From assembly GCA_023411575.1 (NCBI GenBank), contig JAEYOP010000049.1, forward strand, positions 1 through 64,000: a stretch of 64,000 nt of DNA. Reading direction: 5' to 3'. Source of the stretch: Bacillota bacterium. GTDB taxonomy: Bacteria; Bacillota; Clostridia; Acetivibrionales; DTU013. Positions 17,432 through 27,073 of the stretch are shown here, piece after piece; within the stretch, counting starts at the first letter, position 1; every line of letters starts with the position of its first letter. The notes beneath the pieces were generated by a model. That model saw nothing but the letters and a program-made list of their open reading frames with translations, had not been told where the DNA came from and ran no database searches. Position numbers and translations under genes: made by a program.

Positions 17432-19516
17432 ATGAAAAGAACCATAGAAGATAGAAAAGAGCAAACCATTGACCGGTGTTGGCTCCGATATAACAGATTG
17501 TCGAACGCCGGTCTGATCGAGGAATATAAAAAGTGGTGCGCCGGCATCGTCCTGCAGGAGGATTCGCCGGTGTGCCTGAATGCGCTGGAGGAGCTGAAAA
17601 AAGGAATCTGGGGGATGCTTGGAATCCGGCCCCGGGTAACGCGTTCCGCTTTGCAGGGCGCCCACATCCTGCTGGGAACTCTGGAAGGGAATCCTTCCCT
17701 CCCTGCTTTGCTGGGAATGGACCCGAAAGCTTCCGTAGGGGAGGACGGCTTTGCAATCCGGTTCGTCGGGACAGCGAACAGGAAGATCCTGGTGGTTGCC
17801 GGCCGGAACGGCAAAGGCCTGCTGTACGGCGTATTCTGTCTGTTGAGGGCCATGCAGACCCAGACGGAACCGGGGGACCTGCCGAGAACGGAAGGTCCGG
17901 CGAATAAGCTCCGGATGGTCAACCACTGGGATAACATGGACGGAAGCGTCGAAAGGGGATATGCGGGCCGGTCCCTCTTTTTCAGCGGCAACAAGCTCCT
18001 CCGGAACCACGGCAGGATACGGGAATATGCCAGGCTCCTGGCGTCGGTGGGCATCAACGGCGTCGTGATCAACAATGTCAATGTTCATAAATTCGAAACC
18101 CGGCTGATCTCCGGCGAATTCCTGGGGCCGGTTTCGAAGCTGGCGGACGTGTTCCGCCCTTATGGAATAAGGCTTTTCCTCAGCGCCAATTATGCCAGTC
18201 CCATGGAACTGGGCGGACTGGCCACGGCGGACCCGCTGGACGAGGGGGTCTGGCAGTGGTGGAAGGACAAGGCGGCGGAGATTTACCAGGCCATACCGGA
18301 TTTCGGCGGCTTTTTGATCAAAGCCGATTCCGAATTCCGGCCGGGGCCGTTCACCTACGGCCGCAGCCATGCGGACGGCGCCAATATGCTGGCCGAAGCG
18401 CTGGCGGACCACGGCGGGCTCGTCATCTGGAGGTGCTTTGTTTACAATTGCCTCCAGGATTGGCGGGACCGCGCGGTGGACAGGGCGAAGGCCGCGTATG
18501 GCAATTTCATGCCGCTGGACGGCCGGTTCCGGGACAATGTGCTGCTGCAGATCAAGAACGGACCCATGGATTTCCAGGTCCGCGAACCGGTGTCCCCGTT
18601 GATCGGGGGCCTGCGGAAGACCAACTTTACCCTGGAACTCCAGATCACGCAGGAATATACGGGACAGCAAAAGCACCTGTGCTATCTGGTCCCCATGTGG
18701 AAGGAAGTCCTGGATTTCGACACCTTTGCACGGGGGAAAGGGTCCACGGTTAAGGAGATCGTCAGCGGGCGGGTCTTCCGGAACGAGCCCGGTGGGTTCG
18801 CCGCTGTGGTCAATGTGGGCAACGACCCGAACTGGACCGGCTTTCAGTTGGCCCAGGCGAATTTGTACGGTTACGGCCGGCTGGCGTGGGATCCCTGTCT
18901 GCCGGCGGAGCAAATAACGGACGAGTGGGTCCGGATGACCTTTTCAAACGATCAGGCGGTCACGGACACTATATCCGGAATGCTGCTGGAGTCCTGGAGA
19001 ATTTACGAAAATTACAACGCGCCCCTTGGAATCGGCTGGATGGTGAACCCGAACCATCATTTCGGTCCCAATGTGGACGGCTACGAATACGCCAAATGGG
19101 GGACCTACCACCGGGCGGACAGCAAAGGCATCGGCGTGGACCGGTCTGTCGCGTCGGGAACCGGTTTCGCGGGGCAGTATCACAAAGAAGTGGCGCAGGC
19201 CTATGAAAAGATTGAAACCTGCCCGGAAGAGCTTCTCCTGTTCTTTCACCGGGTACCCTACGACTACGTGCTGAAATCGGGCGAAACGCTGATCCAGCAT
19301 ATATACAACACCCACTTCGAAGGAGTGGAGCAGGTTCAGAGCTTCATCGACAGGTGGCTCGGCTTGAAGGGACAGGTGGACGGCGCCCTTTTCGAGCATG
19401 TGCTGGAAAGGCTGGAAGGACAGCTGGAGCATGCGAAGGAATGGAGAGACGTGATCAATTCCTATTTTTACCGGAAAACCGGCATCGAGGACCGGAAGGG
19501 CAGGAAGATTTATTAA
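17432..19516 (+). CDS. aguA: Alpha-glucuronidase, GH67
   Basis: ~695 aa with GH67-like blocks ([36 protein letters not shown]). RBS GTGAGGAAA. Confidence 0.85.
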   Translation: MKRTIEDRKEQTIDRCWLRYNRLSNAGLIEEYKKWCAGIVLQEDSPVCLNALEELKKGIWGMLGIRPRVTRSALQGAHILLGTLEGNPSLPALLGMDPKASVGEDGFAIRFVGTANRKILVVAGRNGKGLLYGVFCLLRAMQTQTEPGDLPRTEGPANKLRMVNHWDNMDGSVERGYAGRSLFFSGNKLLRNHGRIREYARLLASVGINGVVINNVNVHKFETRLISGEFLGPVSKLADVFRPYGIRLFLSANYASPMELGGLATADPLDEGVWQWWKDKAAEIYQAIPDFGGFLIKADSEFRPGPFTYGRSHADGANMLAEALADHGGLVIWRCFVYNCLQDWRDRAVDRAKAAYGNFMPLDGRFRDNVLLQIKNGPMDFQVREPVSPLIGGLRKTNFTLELQITQEYTGQQKHLCYLVPMWKEVLDFDTFARGKGSTVKEIVSGRVFRNEPGGFAAVVNVGNDPNWTGFQLAQANLYGYGRLAWDPCLPAEQITDEWVRMTFSNDQAVTDTISGMLLESWRIYENYNAPLGIGWMVNPNHHFGPNVDGYEYAKWGTYHRADSKGIGVDRSVASGTGFAGQYHKEVAQAYEKIETCPEELLLFFHRVPYDYVLKSGETLIQHIYNTHFEGVEQVQSFIDRWLGLKGQVDGALFEHVLERLEGQLEHAKEWRDVINSYFYRKTGIEDRKGRKIY

Positions 19517-19539
19517 AGTGAGCGGTGAAGGAGAAGCGA

Positions 19540-21477
19540 ATGAAACCCATTGAATTGCGGCTTCCTCGTCTGATCAGCGACGGAATGGTGCTGCAAAGGG
19601 AACGGGAAGTGAATATTTGGGGCTGGGCTATTCCCGGGGCTTCGGTGACCGTGCATTTTCTGGGTTCCGTTTATCGGACCGGGGCCGGGGAGGATGGCAG
19701 GTGGAAGGCAAAGCTGCCTCCTATGAAAGCCGGAGGCCCGTATTCCATGAAAATCGAGTCTTGCGGAAAAGGCATTACGGTAAACGACATCCTGATCGGC
19801 GAGGTTTGGGTCTGCTCGGGACAGTCCAACATGGTACTGCCCATGTACCGGGTCTGCGAGCGCTACGCGGAGGAGATCACCCTGTCCTACAACCTGTCCA
19901 TCCGGCTTTTCATCGTCCCCGACCGGTGGGACTTCAACGAGGCCTGGGAGGACCTGGAATCCGGGCGGTGGGAGTCGCCGAACCCGGAGAGCATTCTGCA
20001 CTTTCCCGCCACGGGATATTTTTTTGCAAAGGCTTTGTTTGAACGGTATCATGTGCCGATAGGCTATATAAATGCAAGCGTGGGCGGCTCGCCCATCGAG
20101 GCGTGGCTGAGCGGGGATTCCCTGGAAAGCTTCCCGCAATACAAGGAAATCGCCTGCCGGTACAAGGATGAGCGCTATGTAGAACAGGTCAGGCAGGAAG
20201 ACGAGGAAGCCAGTAACAGATGGCATGACTATATATGCCGGATGGACCGGGGGCTGTCGGAAAGAGGGAACGAATGGTACCTAGAGGAGTATGACGATTC
20301 GGACTGGCCCTCCATGAACCTGCCTGCTTTTTGGGCGGAGAAGGGGCTCGGGCCCTTGAACGGCGTGGTCTGGTTCCGGAAGGAGTTCCGGGTCGGTCCC
20401 GAAATGGCGGGGGAGCCCGCGAAACTGCTGATGGGCAGGATTGTGGACAGCGATACAGTTTACGTAAACGGGCTGCTGGTCGGAACCACCGGTTACCAAT
20501 ACCCGCCCAGGCGGTATGCCATTCCCGGGAATGTGCTGAAGGCGGGCAGGAACGTCATTGTCGCCAGGGTGGTCAACACTTCCGGCAAAGGCGGCTTTGC
20601 GCCGGGAAAACCCTATAAGATCCTGGCAGGAGACCGGGAGGTGGATTTGTCGGGCGAATGGCGGTATTGCGTGGGAGCCGCTGCGGAACCGCTACGGGAA
20701 GCGACCTTCTTCCAGTACATGCCCTCGGGCTTGTTCAACGGTATGCTTTCTCCCCTTCTAAAGTATACGATCCGGGGTGTCAACTGGTACCAGGGGGAGT
20801 CCAATACGTCCAGGCCTTCGGATTACCGGCTGCTGCTGGCGGAATTGATCCGGGACTGGCGGGAAAAACGGAAGCAGGGGGAGCTGCCGTTTCTGTATGT
20901 GCAGCTGCCCAATTACCTGGAAGAGGACGACAGCCCGGCCAAAAGCGGCTGGCCTGAAATCCGGGAGGCCCAGCGCAGGACCCTGTCCGTTCCGAATACC
21001 GGAATGGCCGTCGCCATTGACGCGGGGGAATGGAATGACCTGCATCCCCTGAACAAGAAGGAGATCGGAAGCCGGCTGGCGTTGCTTGCCCGGAAGATCG
21101 CCTACGGGGAGGATATCGTGTGCTCGGGTCCCCTTTTGAGATCCGTTACCCTCCAAGGGACAAGAGCGGTTATCGAATTTGAGAAAGGAAGCGGAACCCT
21201 GGTCGCAAAAGGGGACGGGGAATTGAGGTGCTTTGAAATAGCAGGAGAGGACGGCGTATTTGTCCGGGCCAAAGCCGCTATTGAAGAGAACAAGGTCGTG
21301 GTATGGAGCGACGGAATCGACCGGCCTTCGGCGGTTCGCTACGCGTGGGTGGACAACCCGGAGGGGGCCAACCTGTACAACCGGGAAGGACTGCCGGCAT
21401 CGCCTTTCCGGGCGGAAATCACGCCGGCCGCGCCGGCTTCTATTTCCTCAGCAGAGCAGAGGGAGGCAGTCCTGTAA
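19540..21477 (+). CDS. SASA/DUF303-family carbohydrate esterase (sialate-O-acetylesterase-like; probable acetyl-xylan/oligosaccharide deacetylase)
   Basis: CSGQSNM motif of the SGNH-type sialate O-acetylesterase fold, present in duplicate (a second copy reads GESN). RBS AAGGAG. Confidence 0.7.
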   Translation: MKPIELRLPRLISDGMVLQREREVNIWGWAIPGASVTVHFLGSVYRTGAGEDGRWKAKLPPMKAGGPYSMKIESCGKGITVNDILIGEVWVCSGQSNMVLPMYRVCERYAEEITLSYNLSIRLFIVPDRWDFNEAWEDLESGRWESPNPESILHFPATGYFFAKALFERYHVPIGYINASVGGSPIEAWLSGDSLESFPQYKEIACRYKDERYVEQVRQEDEEASNRWHDYICRMDRGLSERGNEWYLEEYDDSDWPSMNLPAFWAEKGLGPLNGVVWFRKEFRVGPEMAGEPAKLLMGRIVDSDTVYVNGLLVGTTGYQYPPRRYAIPGNVLKAGRNVIVARVVNTSGKGGFAPGKPYKILAGDREVDLSGEWRYCVGAAAEPLREATFFQYMPSGLFNGMLSPLLKYTIRGVNWYQGESNTSRPSDYRLLLAELIRDWREKRKQGELPFLYVQLPNYLEEDDSPAKSGWPEIREAQRRTLSVPNTGMAVAIDAGEWNDLHPLNKKEIGSRLALLARKIAYGEDIVCSGPLLRSVTLQGTRAVIEFEKGSGTLVAKGDGELRCFEIAGEDGVFVRAKAAIEENKVVVWSDGIDRPSAVRYAWVDNPEGANLYNREGLPASPFRAEITPAAPASISSAEQREAVL

Positions 21478-22225
21478 GCTGTTTGAACAGCTTGCTGAAA
21501 TAAAAGATGTCGTCAAAGCCGCAAATCAATGCGGTGTCGGTTACGGAATACCCTTTGGTGGACAGAAGATCAAAAGCCTTGTTGATCCGGATCCGGTTCA
21601 GGAATTCCTTGATGGTGTAGCCCGTCACATGCCGGAATTTCGCGCTGAGATAAGCCGGATGGAGATTGACCAGCCCGGCAAGCTCCGTGACCAGGAGCTT
21701 TTCGGAAAAATGGCACAGAATATAATTTTTTACCTTTTCTATTTTGGGGTCCGGGACCTGCGGCGTGCTGTCGCCGGAAGCGAGGATGAGAAGCCGATGC
21801 AGGATGACCATGAAAAGGCCCCTTGCCTTGAGCATATAGCCCGTTCCCTTTTCCAGCCACAAATGATTGAACTGCCTGTACAGGGCCAGCAGTTCGCTGT
21901 CCGTGCCGACCGCAAATTTCTGCGGGAAGGGGAGCTCCTGAAATGCTCCCTCCGCGTATTGGTAATCAAAATTGAAAGCATAGCAATGAATCGGGTCGAC
22001 AGGGTTCGTGGCGGCTTTTCGCAGGGAGCCCTTCGGAATATAGATGATATCGCCCTGCTTCAGATGGATGTCCGTGCCGTTTACCGTATAGGTCGCTTCC
22101 CCGTCAACCAGATAAGTCAGGTCGTTGTACGGTATGGTGAATTCGCCGATGGACCAGGAAGGCATGTCCTTCCGCTCGATAAAGTATCGGATGGAGGGGA
22201 TCAGTTGATCGTAGCTGTTAGTCAT
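21440..22225 (-). CDS. AraC-family transcriptional regulator (N-terminal cupin, C-terminal HTH)
   Basis: HTH block ...LVNLHPAYLSAKFRHVTGYTIKEFLNRIRINKAFDLL...FYFSKLFKQLTG. Divergent from the first methyltransferase gene. Confidence 0.8.
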   Translation of the reverse strand: MTNSYDQLIPSIRYFIERKDMPSWSIGEFTIPYNDLTYLVDGEATYTVNGTDIHLKQGDIIYIPKGSLRKAATNPVDPIHCYAFNFDYQYAEGAFQELPFPQKFAVGTDSELLALYRQFNHLWLEKGTGYMLKARGLFMVILHRLLILASGDSTPQVPDPKIEKVKNYILCHFSEKLLVTELAGLVNLHPAYLSAKFRHVTGYTIKEFLNRIRINKAFDLLSTKGYSVTDTALICGFDDIFYFSKLFKQLTGLPPSALLRK

Positions 22226-22362
22226 CCTTGTATCCTTTACCTGCTGAACTAATATAGGTTGCTTACCCTTAAATTATTACAAACCACCTTATGTTTGTAT
22301 ATAGATTATATATCATTATTCCATTACAATAAAGGCATAAAATAGTATAAAGAGGAGATTGT

Positions 22363-23460
22363 ATGAAGTACGAGTTGGATTTGCGGAAATTCTGGGAGGA
22401 AAATGACACTGGCTTTTCACCGTTTGACACGACCAAAGCGCGCGTCCCTATCGATTTGCCCTTCGACGACCATTATCTGCTGGAGTTCATGGCGGCCGAC
22501 TCGACCGTACGATATTTCAAGGACCGCGACTACCGGCTGGGTCTGCACCGGAAATGCAACGATCTCATGGAAAAGGAGATCGGGCTCCGCTTTTTCCATG
22601 AAACGGAGGACATGGTCCTCCAGCCGAACCGATTCGAAGTAATCATGGGCGCCCACTGGGAAATGGCCGAAGGCGGGACTCCCTGGCTGGAATCCACGGT
22701 GGAGACCATCGAGGACGTTCAGGAACTGATCAAAAAAGCGGAAAAGCTGGATATGAAGAAAGCGGCCTTCCCGGAGGGCTGGTTCGAGGAAAAGGAAGCC
22801 TTCGAAAAAACTTCGGGGAAAAAGATGAGGCTCGGAGGCCAGGGACACAGGGGCCCCGCCACCATGGCTACCAGCATACTGGGCACCACCAATACCTGCA
22901 TGTTCATTATGGATGAACCGGAGGTCATGAAGGAGTTCTTTGTCCTTCTGACGGAAAAAATGGTGGAATACCATAAAGCCCTCATGGAAGCCACCGGGAA
23001 TACGGTCGGGAAAAAGTACTGGATCACGGACGACAACTGCTATCTGTTCCCTCCGAAGCAGTATCTGGAATTCTGCGCGCCGTTCCTCGCCAGGGTGTTC
23101 GCGGAATTCGCCCCGAACCCCGGGGATGAGCGCTACCAGCATTCCGACAGCGCCATGGGCCACTTGATGGGAATCCTCAACGACGTGGGCGTGAATTCCA
23201 CCAATTTCGGTCCGACGATCCATCCCCTTGAGATCCGCAAAGCCATGCCCAAAGCGGTGATCAACGGACAGATGCCTCCGTTCCTGCTGAGGAACGGCAC
23301 CCCGGAGGAAATCATCGAAACCGTGAGACGGGATATCGACTCCGTGGGCAGGGACGGCGGACTCGTGGAGAAAACGGCGGGCAGCATTGCCGGCGGAACC
23401 CCTCTTGAGAACGTCCGGATTTATATGTGGGCAGTGGACAAATACGGAAGATACCGATAA
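22363..23460 (+). CDS. Uroporphyrinogen-decarboxylase (URO-D/MtaA/CmuA) family methyltransferase-like protein
   Basis: GPATMA motif (GPFTLA-like) and C-terminal GSIAGGTPLENV (cf. MtaA GCD.PPGTP.ENI). 365 aa. RBS AGAGGAGA. Confidence 0.55.
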   Translation: MKYELDLRKFWEENDTGFSPFDTTKARVPIDLPFDDHYLLEFMAADSTVRYFKDRDYRLGLHRKCNDLMEKEIGLRFFHETEDMVLQPNRFEVIMGAHWEMAEGGTPWLESTVETIEDVQELIKKAEKLDMKKAAFPEGWFEEKEAFEKTSGKKMRLGGQGHRGPATMATSILGTTNTCMFIMDEPEVMKEFFVLLTEKMVEYHKALMEATGNTVGKKYWITDDNCYLFPPKQYLEFCAPFLARVFAEFAPNPGDERYQHSDSAMGHLMGILNDVGVNSTNFGPTIHPLEIRKAMPKAVINGQMPPFLLRNGTPEEIIETVRRDIDSVGRDGGLVEKTAGSIAGGTPLENVRIYMWAVDKYGRYR

Positions 23461-23513
23461 ATAAGAAAAGAAACAGGGGGGCAAGTACTTTGCCCCCCTG
23501 TTTTTGACTCTGG

Positions 23514-24545
23514 TTATGCTACTGTATTTTGATAAAATTCCTTTTCATTGAATTGCTTCAACTCGGAGAAAAAGGCGTCAATGTTTTCTGCCGGTGTTCC
23601 CGGAGGAACGTCGCAGCCGGAGGAAAGGACATAATTTTTGTAAGCGGCGGTTTTCGCCAGCAGGTTCCGGACTTTTTCCCTCATTTCCTCCACAGTGCCG
23701 TTCTTAAAAGTACCCGCCGGGTCGATATTGCCGAAGGCGAGCCTTCCCCAGGGGATCTGGGGCAATATGTCCGTCATATCCACCGCGTTGCCGAAGTGGA
23801 AAGCCATGGCTCCGGTAGAAAGCATGGATGGAACGAGATTCTTCGTATTTCCGCAGTTATGCAGAATAACGATAAAATGGTCGTCCTGTACGGCATCAAC
23901 GATCCGCTTGACATACTGCGAGGAGAACTCGGCGCACTGCTGCGGGGAAAGCAGGCCTGCCGCGGGTTCCGCGATGATGATCCCGTTTGCTCCGGCATTT
24001 TTGAACGCCTTTGCGTATTCGGCCAGGAAGGCGGTTGCCTTTTCCAGCACCAGATGGACCGTTTCGGGCTCGTCGAACAGGGTTATCATGATTTCGGTCA
24101 TGTCAAACAGTCTTCCGGCCAGGGAAAAGGGTCCGATCTCTCCGCCGAATACGGGCCGGTCCTCTATGGAGCTTGCCGCCAGCTCCGCCGCTTTCAGGTA
24201 AACGGATGTGCGCCCTTCTCCCATCCTGGGAATCCGAAGCGCAACAGCCGCCGCTTCTTCTTCTATGATCCTGGAAACGACGGTGGGAACGTCTTCCGTG
24301 GAGTATTTCACCGGGCTGCCGAAGGCCTCCGCCTCCACCGAAAGGTCCATGATGGTGACCGCCGCGATCGACGGATAGCGATCCGCCAGCGCTTTTATGC
24401 ATTCGAACTGGTTCTCGCCGTTCCGGATGACGTCCAGTACATTTTTTTGGATCAGCTTCAGGCCCGGGTAGGTCATAATGGGCATGGCCAGCCTTTCGCC
24501 GCTGTTGGATAGTTCACGGATCCATTTTTTCATGTCTCTTTTCAT
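23514..24545 (-). CDS. MtaA/CmuA-family (URO-D fold) methylcobamide methyltransferase
   Basis: GPFSLA, ILHNCGN and SSGCDVPPGTPAENI motifs. 343 aa, the same length as MtaA. Confidence 0.75.
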   Translation of the reverse strand: MKRDMKKWIRELSNSGERLAMPIMTYPGLKLIQKNVLDVIRNGENQFECIKALADRYPSIAAVTIMDLSVEAEAFGSPVKYSTEDVPTVVSRIIEEEAAAVALRIPRMGEGRTSVYLKAAELAASSIEDRPVFGGEIGPFSLAGRLFDMTEIMITLFDEPETVHLVLEKATAFLAEYAKAFKNAGANGIIIAEPAAGLLSPQQCAEFSSQYVKRIVDAVQDDHFIVILHNCGNTKNLVPSMLSTGAMAFHFGNAVDMTDILPQIPWGRLAFGNIDPAGTFKNGTVEEMREKVRNLLAKTAAYKNYVLSSGCDVPPGTPAENIDAFFSELKQFNEKEFYQNTVA

Positions 24546-24747
24546 TGTACCAATTCCCTTTGTCCATATTTTTCACTTCTATTTTCATGATACAGCGTTT
24601 AAAATAAGAGATATATTATTTAATTAAGAAGAATTGTACTTTTTTATGAGGATGGGGAAGCTGGCGCAGGATATTAATTTACTACAAAAAACATAAAAAA
24701 AATCCAATACCCTTTCCGCAAAAAGATAGTATGATGGAAGAGTAAGA

Positions 24748-26070
24748 GTGAAAGAGCGCGAGATGGAATTAAAACGATTACAAACCGAGCTGGGCTTTGA
24801 TCTGGGCAGGGCAAAGAAAAACATCGATATTTACAGTTCTTCCGTCGGAGTGGACAGCCTGGTGATCGATTCCACCGGAAGTCTGCTTTACCACGCCCGC
24901 GGAAAGACCATGTGCGGCTTCTGCCAGAAGGTGCAGGCAGTCGGCGGGTCCGCCCAGGGCTGTTCCGGCGTCCATCTGTACGGGAGCTACCAGGCGGAGC
25001 GGTTCGGCGGCAAATACGTTTTTTTCTGTCCTCTCGGGCTTGTACACTGGGCATCGCCTATCACCGCCGGAGGCATCATGAAGGGGGCGGTGCTTGGAGG
25101 ACCGGTCCTGATGGTAGAACCGGACGAATTCCTGTTTGACGAACTGTTGTCGGACAACCCGATGAGCGGATGCGAGGTTCAGGACCTGAAGGAATCGATT
25201 AAGGAAATCCCCGTGATCCAGCCGGATGTGGTGAACAGCCTGTCCGAGCTGTTGAGCATGGTGGCGGCGAATATTTCCGCAGAAGCGCCCCAGCCGTACC
25301 AGGAGGATATCGACCACCAGGAGCAGCAGGCTGAGATCTCGGAATACATCCAGTATATAAAGACCATGGGGGGGGAATGCAGTGAAATAGAGAGCTACCC
25401 TTTTGAAAAGGAAAAGGAACTGCTTTCCCGCATCCAGGTGGGGGACAAGGCCGAATCCCAGAGGGTTTTGAATGAGATACTGGGTCACGTGTTTTTTGCA
25501 ACGGGCGGCAACTTTGAGATCATCAAGGCAAGGGTTCTGGAGCTGATCGTACTGCTGTCCAGGGCGGCGCTCAGCGGCGGCGCGGATGTGGAACAAATTT
25601 TCGGCCTGAATTACAAATACCTGTCGCAGATCCATGACTTCCGGACGGTGGAAGAGCTCGCCTCCTGGCTTTCCGGCATTATGAACCGCTTTACCGACTG
25701 TGTGTTCAATCTGGTGGATGTGAAGCATATAGATGTGATTTATAAGGCCATGGATTACATCAAACGGAATTATAAGAAGAAAATCACGCTGGAGGAGGTC
25801 GCATCCCATGTGTACCTGAGTCCGTCCTACTTCTGCCTGGTTTTCAAAAAGGAATTGAAATGCAATTTTAAAACCTATGTGAACCGGATCCGGATTGAAA
25901 TGAGCAAGAAGCTGCTCCTGGACAATTCCATTCCGCTGACGGATATCGCAAGCGATGTGGGCTTCGAGGACCAGAGCTATTTTACAAAGGTCTTCCGGAG
26001 CCTCACGGGAACCAGCCCCGGGAAATACAGGGAAAAGGGCGGACAGGTAATAGCGGGGAGTTCGTATTGA
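24748..26070 (+). CDS. AraC-family regulator with an N-terminal PocR sensory domain
   Basis: PocR-type N-terminus (cysteine-containing ...GFCQKVQ...FFCPLGLVHWASPI...). C-terminal AraC HTH (...YLSPSYFCLVFKKELKCNFKTYVNRIRIEMSKKLL...FEDQSYFTKVFRSLTGTSPGKYR). The start may instead be the internal ATG at 24763. Confidence 0.8.
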   Translation: MKEREMELKRLQTELGFDLGRAKKNIDIYSSSVGVDSLVIDSTGSLLYHARGKTMCGFCQKVQAVGGSAQGCSGVHLYGSYQAERFGGKYVFFCPLGLVHWASPITAGGIMKGAVLGGPVLMVEPDEFLFDELLSDNPMSGCEVQDLKESIKEIPVIQPDVVNSLSELLSMVAANISAEAPQPYQEDIDHQEQQAEISEYIQYIKTMGGECSEIESYPFEKEKELLSRIQVGDKAESQRVLNEILGHVFFATGGNFEIIKARVLELIVLLSRAALSGGADVEQIFGLNYKYLSQIHDFRTVEELASWLSGIMNRFTDCVFNLVDVKHIDVIYKAMDYIKRNYKKKITLEEVASHVYLSPSYFCLVFKKELKCNFKTYVNRIRIEMSKKLLLDNSIPLTDIASDVGFEDQSYFTKVFRSLTGTSPGKYREKGGQVIAGSSY

Positions 26071-26131
26071 AATGAATTTAAATAAAATAGCAACCAATAA
26101 AAATGGGAACGATCGATCAGGAGGATGAATT

Positions 26132-26767
26132 ATGAGTATTACAAGCGCAATTTCCGAAAATCTCCAGCAGGGTAAGGCGAAAGCGGTGAAAGAGCTGGTC
26201 CAGCAGGCAATCGACGAGGGCATGGACGTAAAGGTGATTCTGGAAGAGGGCCTTCTGGCAGGCATGTCCATCATCGGGGCAAAATTCAGGAATAACGAAG
26301 TGTATGTTCCGGACGTCCTTATCGCGGCAAGAGCCATGAACGCCGGTTCCCAGTTGCTGAAGCCCCTGTTGATTTCCAGCGGCGTCAAGGCGGCGGGCAA
26401 GGTGGTCCTGGGTACGGTCAAGGGAGACTTGCATGATATCGGAAAGAATCTCGTCAAAATGATGATGGAAGGAAAAGGACTGGAGGTCATCGATGTGGGA
26501 ATCGATGTTTCGGCGGAGAAGTTCGTCTCCACGGCAAAGGAGACTGGCGCGCAGATCGTTGCCTGCTCGGCTCTTCTGACCACGACGATGACGGAAATCA
26601 AAACAGTGGTGGAAGCGATCACTGCTGCAGGGATGAGGGACCAGGTCACGATCATGATCGGGGGCGCTCCGGTAACGGACTCCTTCTGCAAGCAGGTCGG
26701 CGCTGACATTTATACGCCGGATGCGGCCACGGCAGCCGAAGAAGCGGCCCGCGTCTGCATGGCATAA
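26132..26767 (+). CDS. Cobalamin-binding corrinoid protein (MtaC/MtbC-like, B12-binding_2 cap plus B12-binding Rossmann domain)
   Basis: DxHxxG motif GDLHDIGKN, then SALLTTTM and GGAP. 211 aa. RBS AGGAGGA. Confidence 0.85.
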   Translation: MSITSAISENLQQGKAKAVKELVQQAIDEGMDVKVILEEGLLAGMSIIGAKFRNNEVYVPDVLIAARAMNAGSQLLKPLLISSGVKAAGKVVLGTVKGDLHDIGKNLVKMMMEGKGLEVIDVGIDVSAEKFVSTAKETGAQIVACSALLTTTMTEIKTVVEAITAAGMRDQVTIMIGGAPVTDSFCKQVGADIYTPDAATAAEEAARVCMA

Positions 26768-26848
26768 CAAACGACAGCCTGCCGGTTGGCAGGACATGGA
26801 ATCCGGCAGGCGCGTACGGCTACGGACCTGCCCGGTATAAAAGGTATA

Positions 26849-26900
26849 AAAATCCTCAGAGCCTTGCATGCTCATGCATGCAGGTTCTGAGGATTTTTGC
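26849..26900. terminator. Rho-independent terminator (aaaaatcctcagagccttgcatg...catgcaggttctgaggattttt)
   Basis: Long perfect palindrome with flanking A- and T-runs, downstream of the corrinoid protein gene. Confidence 0.55.
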
Positions 26901-26912
26901 GGTGCAGCCCTT

Positions 26913-27073
26913 AAGGGATGACCGAATAATAAATTCCGGTTCTTGAGCGGTTATTTTCCGCCCTTACATCGTTGTCGTCAGTTGCAATAAAACAATTATT
27001 GCGCCTTCCTCCGCCTTGTAAGGACGAAAAATCCCTCGCTCAGGAATCCGTTTTTATTATTCGGTCATCCCTT
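26913..27073. repeat. 21-bp perfect inverted repeat (aagggatgaccgaataataaa / tttattattcggtcatccctt) flanking a 119-bp spacer
   Basis: The left arm spans 26913-26933 and the right arm 27053-27073. The left arm, together with upstream ...gcagcccttaagggatga, encodes AALKG-stop, the conserved C-terminus of the CUT1 permeases here. The same aagggatgaccgaat follows the permease at 54857-54880. The right arm supplies the last codons (GMTE-stop) of the Phd-Uma2 gene. Confidence 0.6.

Noticed and set aside
15923-18913. 996-aa minus-strand ORF
   Set aside because: It runs antisense across three well-supported plus-strand genes (TM-AraC, GH67, esterase). Its translation is P/R/G/L-rich low-complexity sequence typical of stop-depleted antisense frames in GC-rich DNA. 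It has no RBS or domain signature.
24778-26709. 643-aa minus-strand ORF, plus the 252-aa ORF at 26117-26875
   Set aside because: They are antisense to the PocR-AraC and corrinoid-protein genes, which carry clear family motifs. Composition is artefactual.
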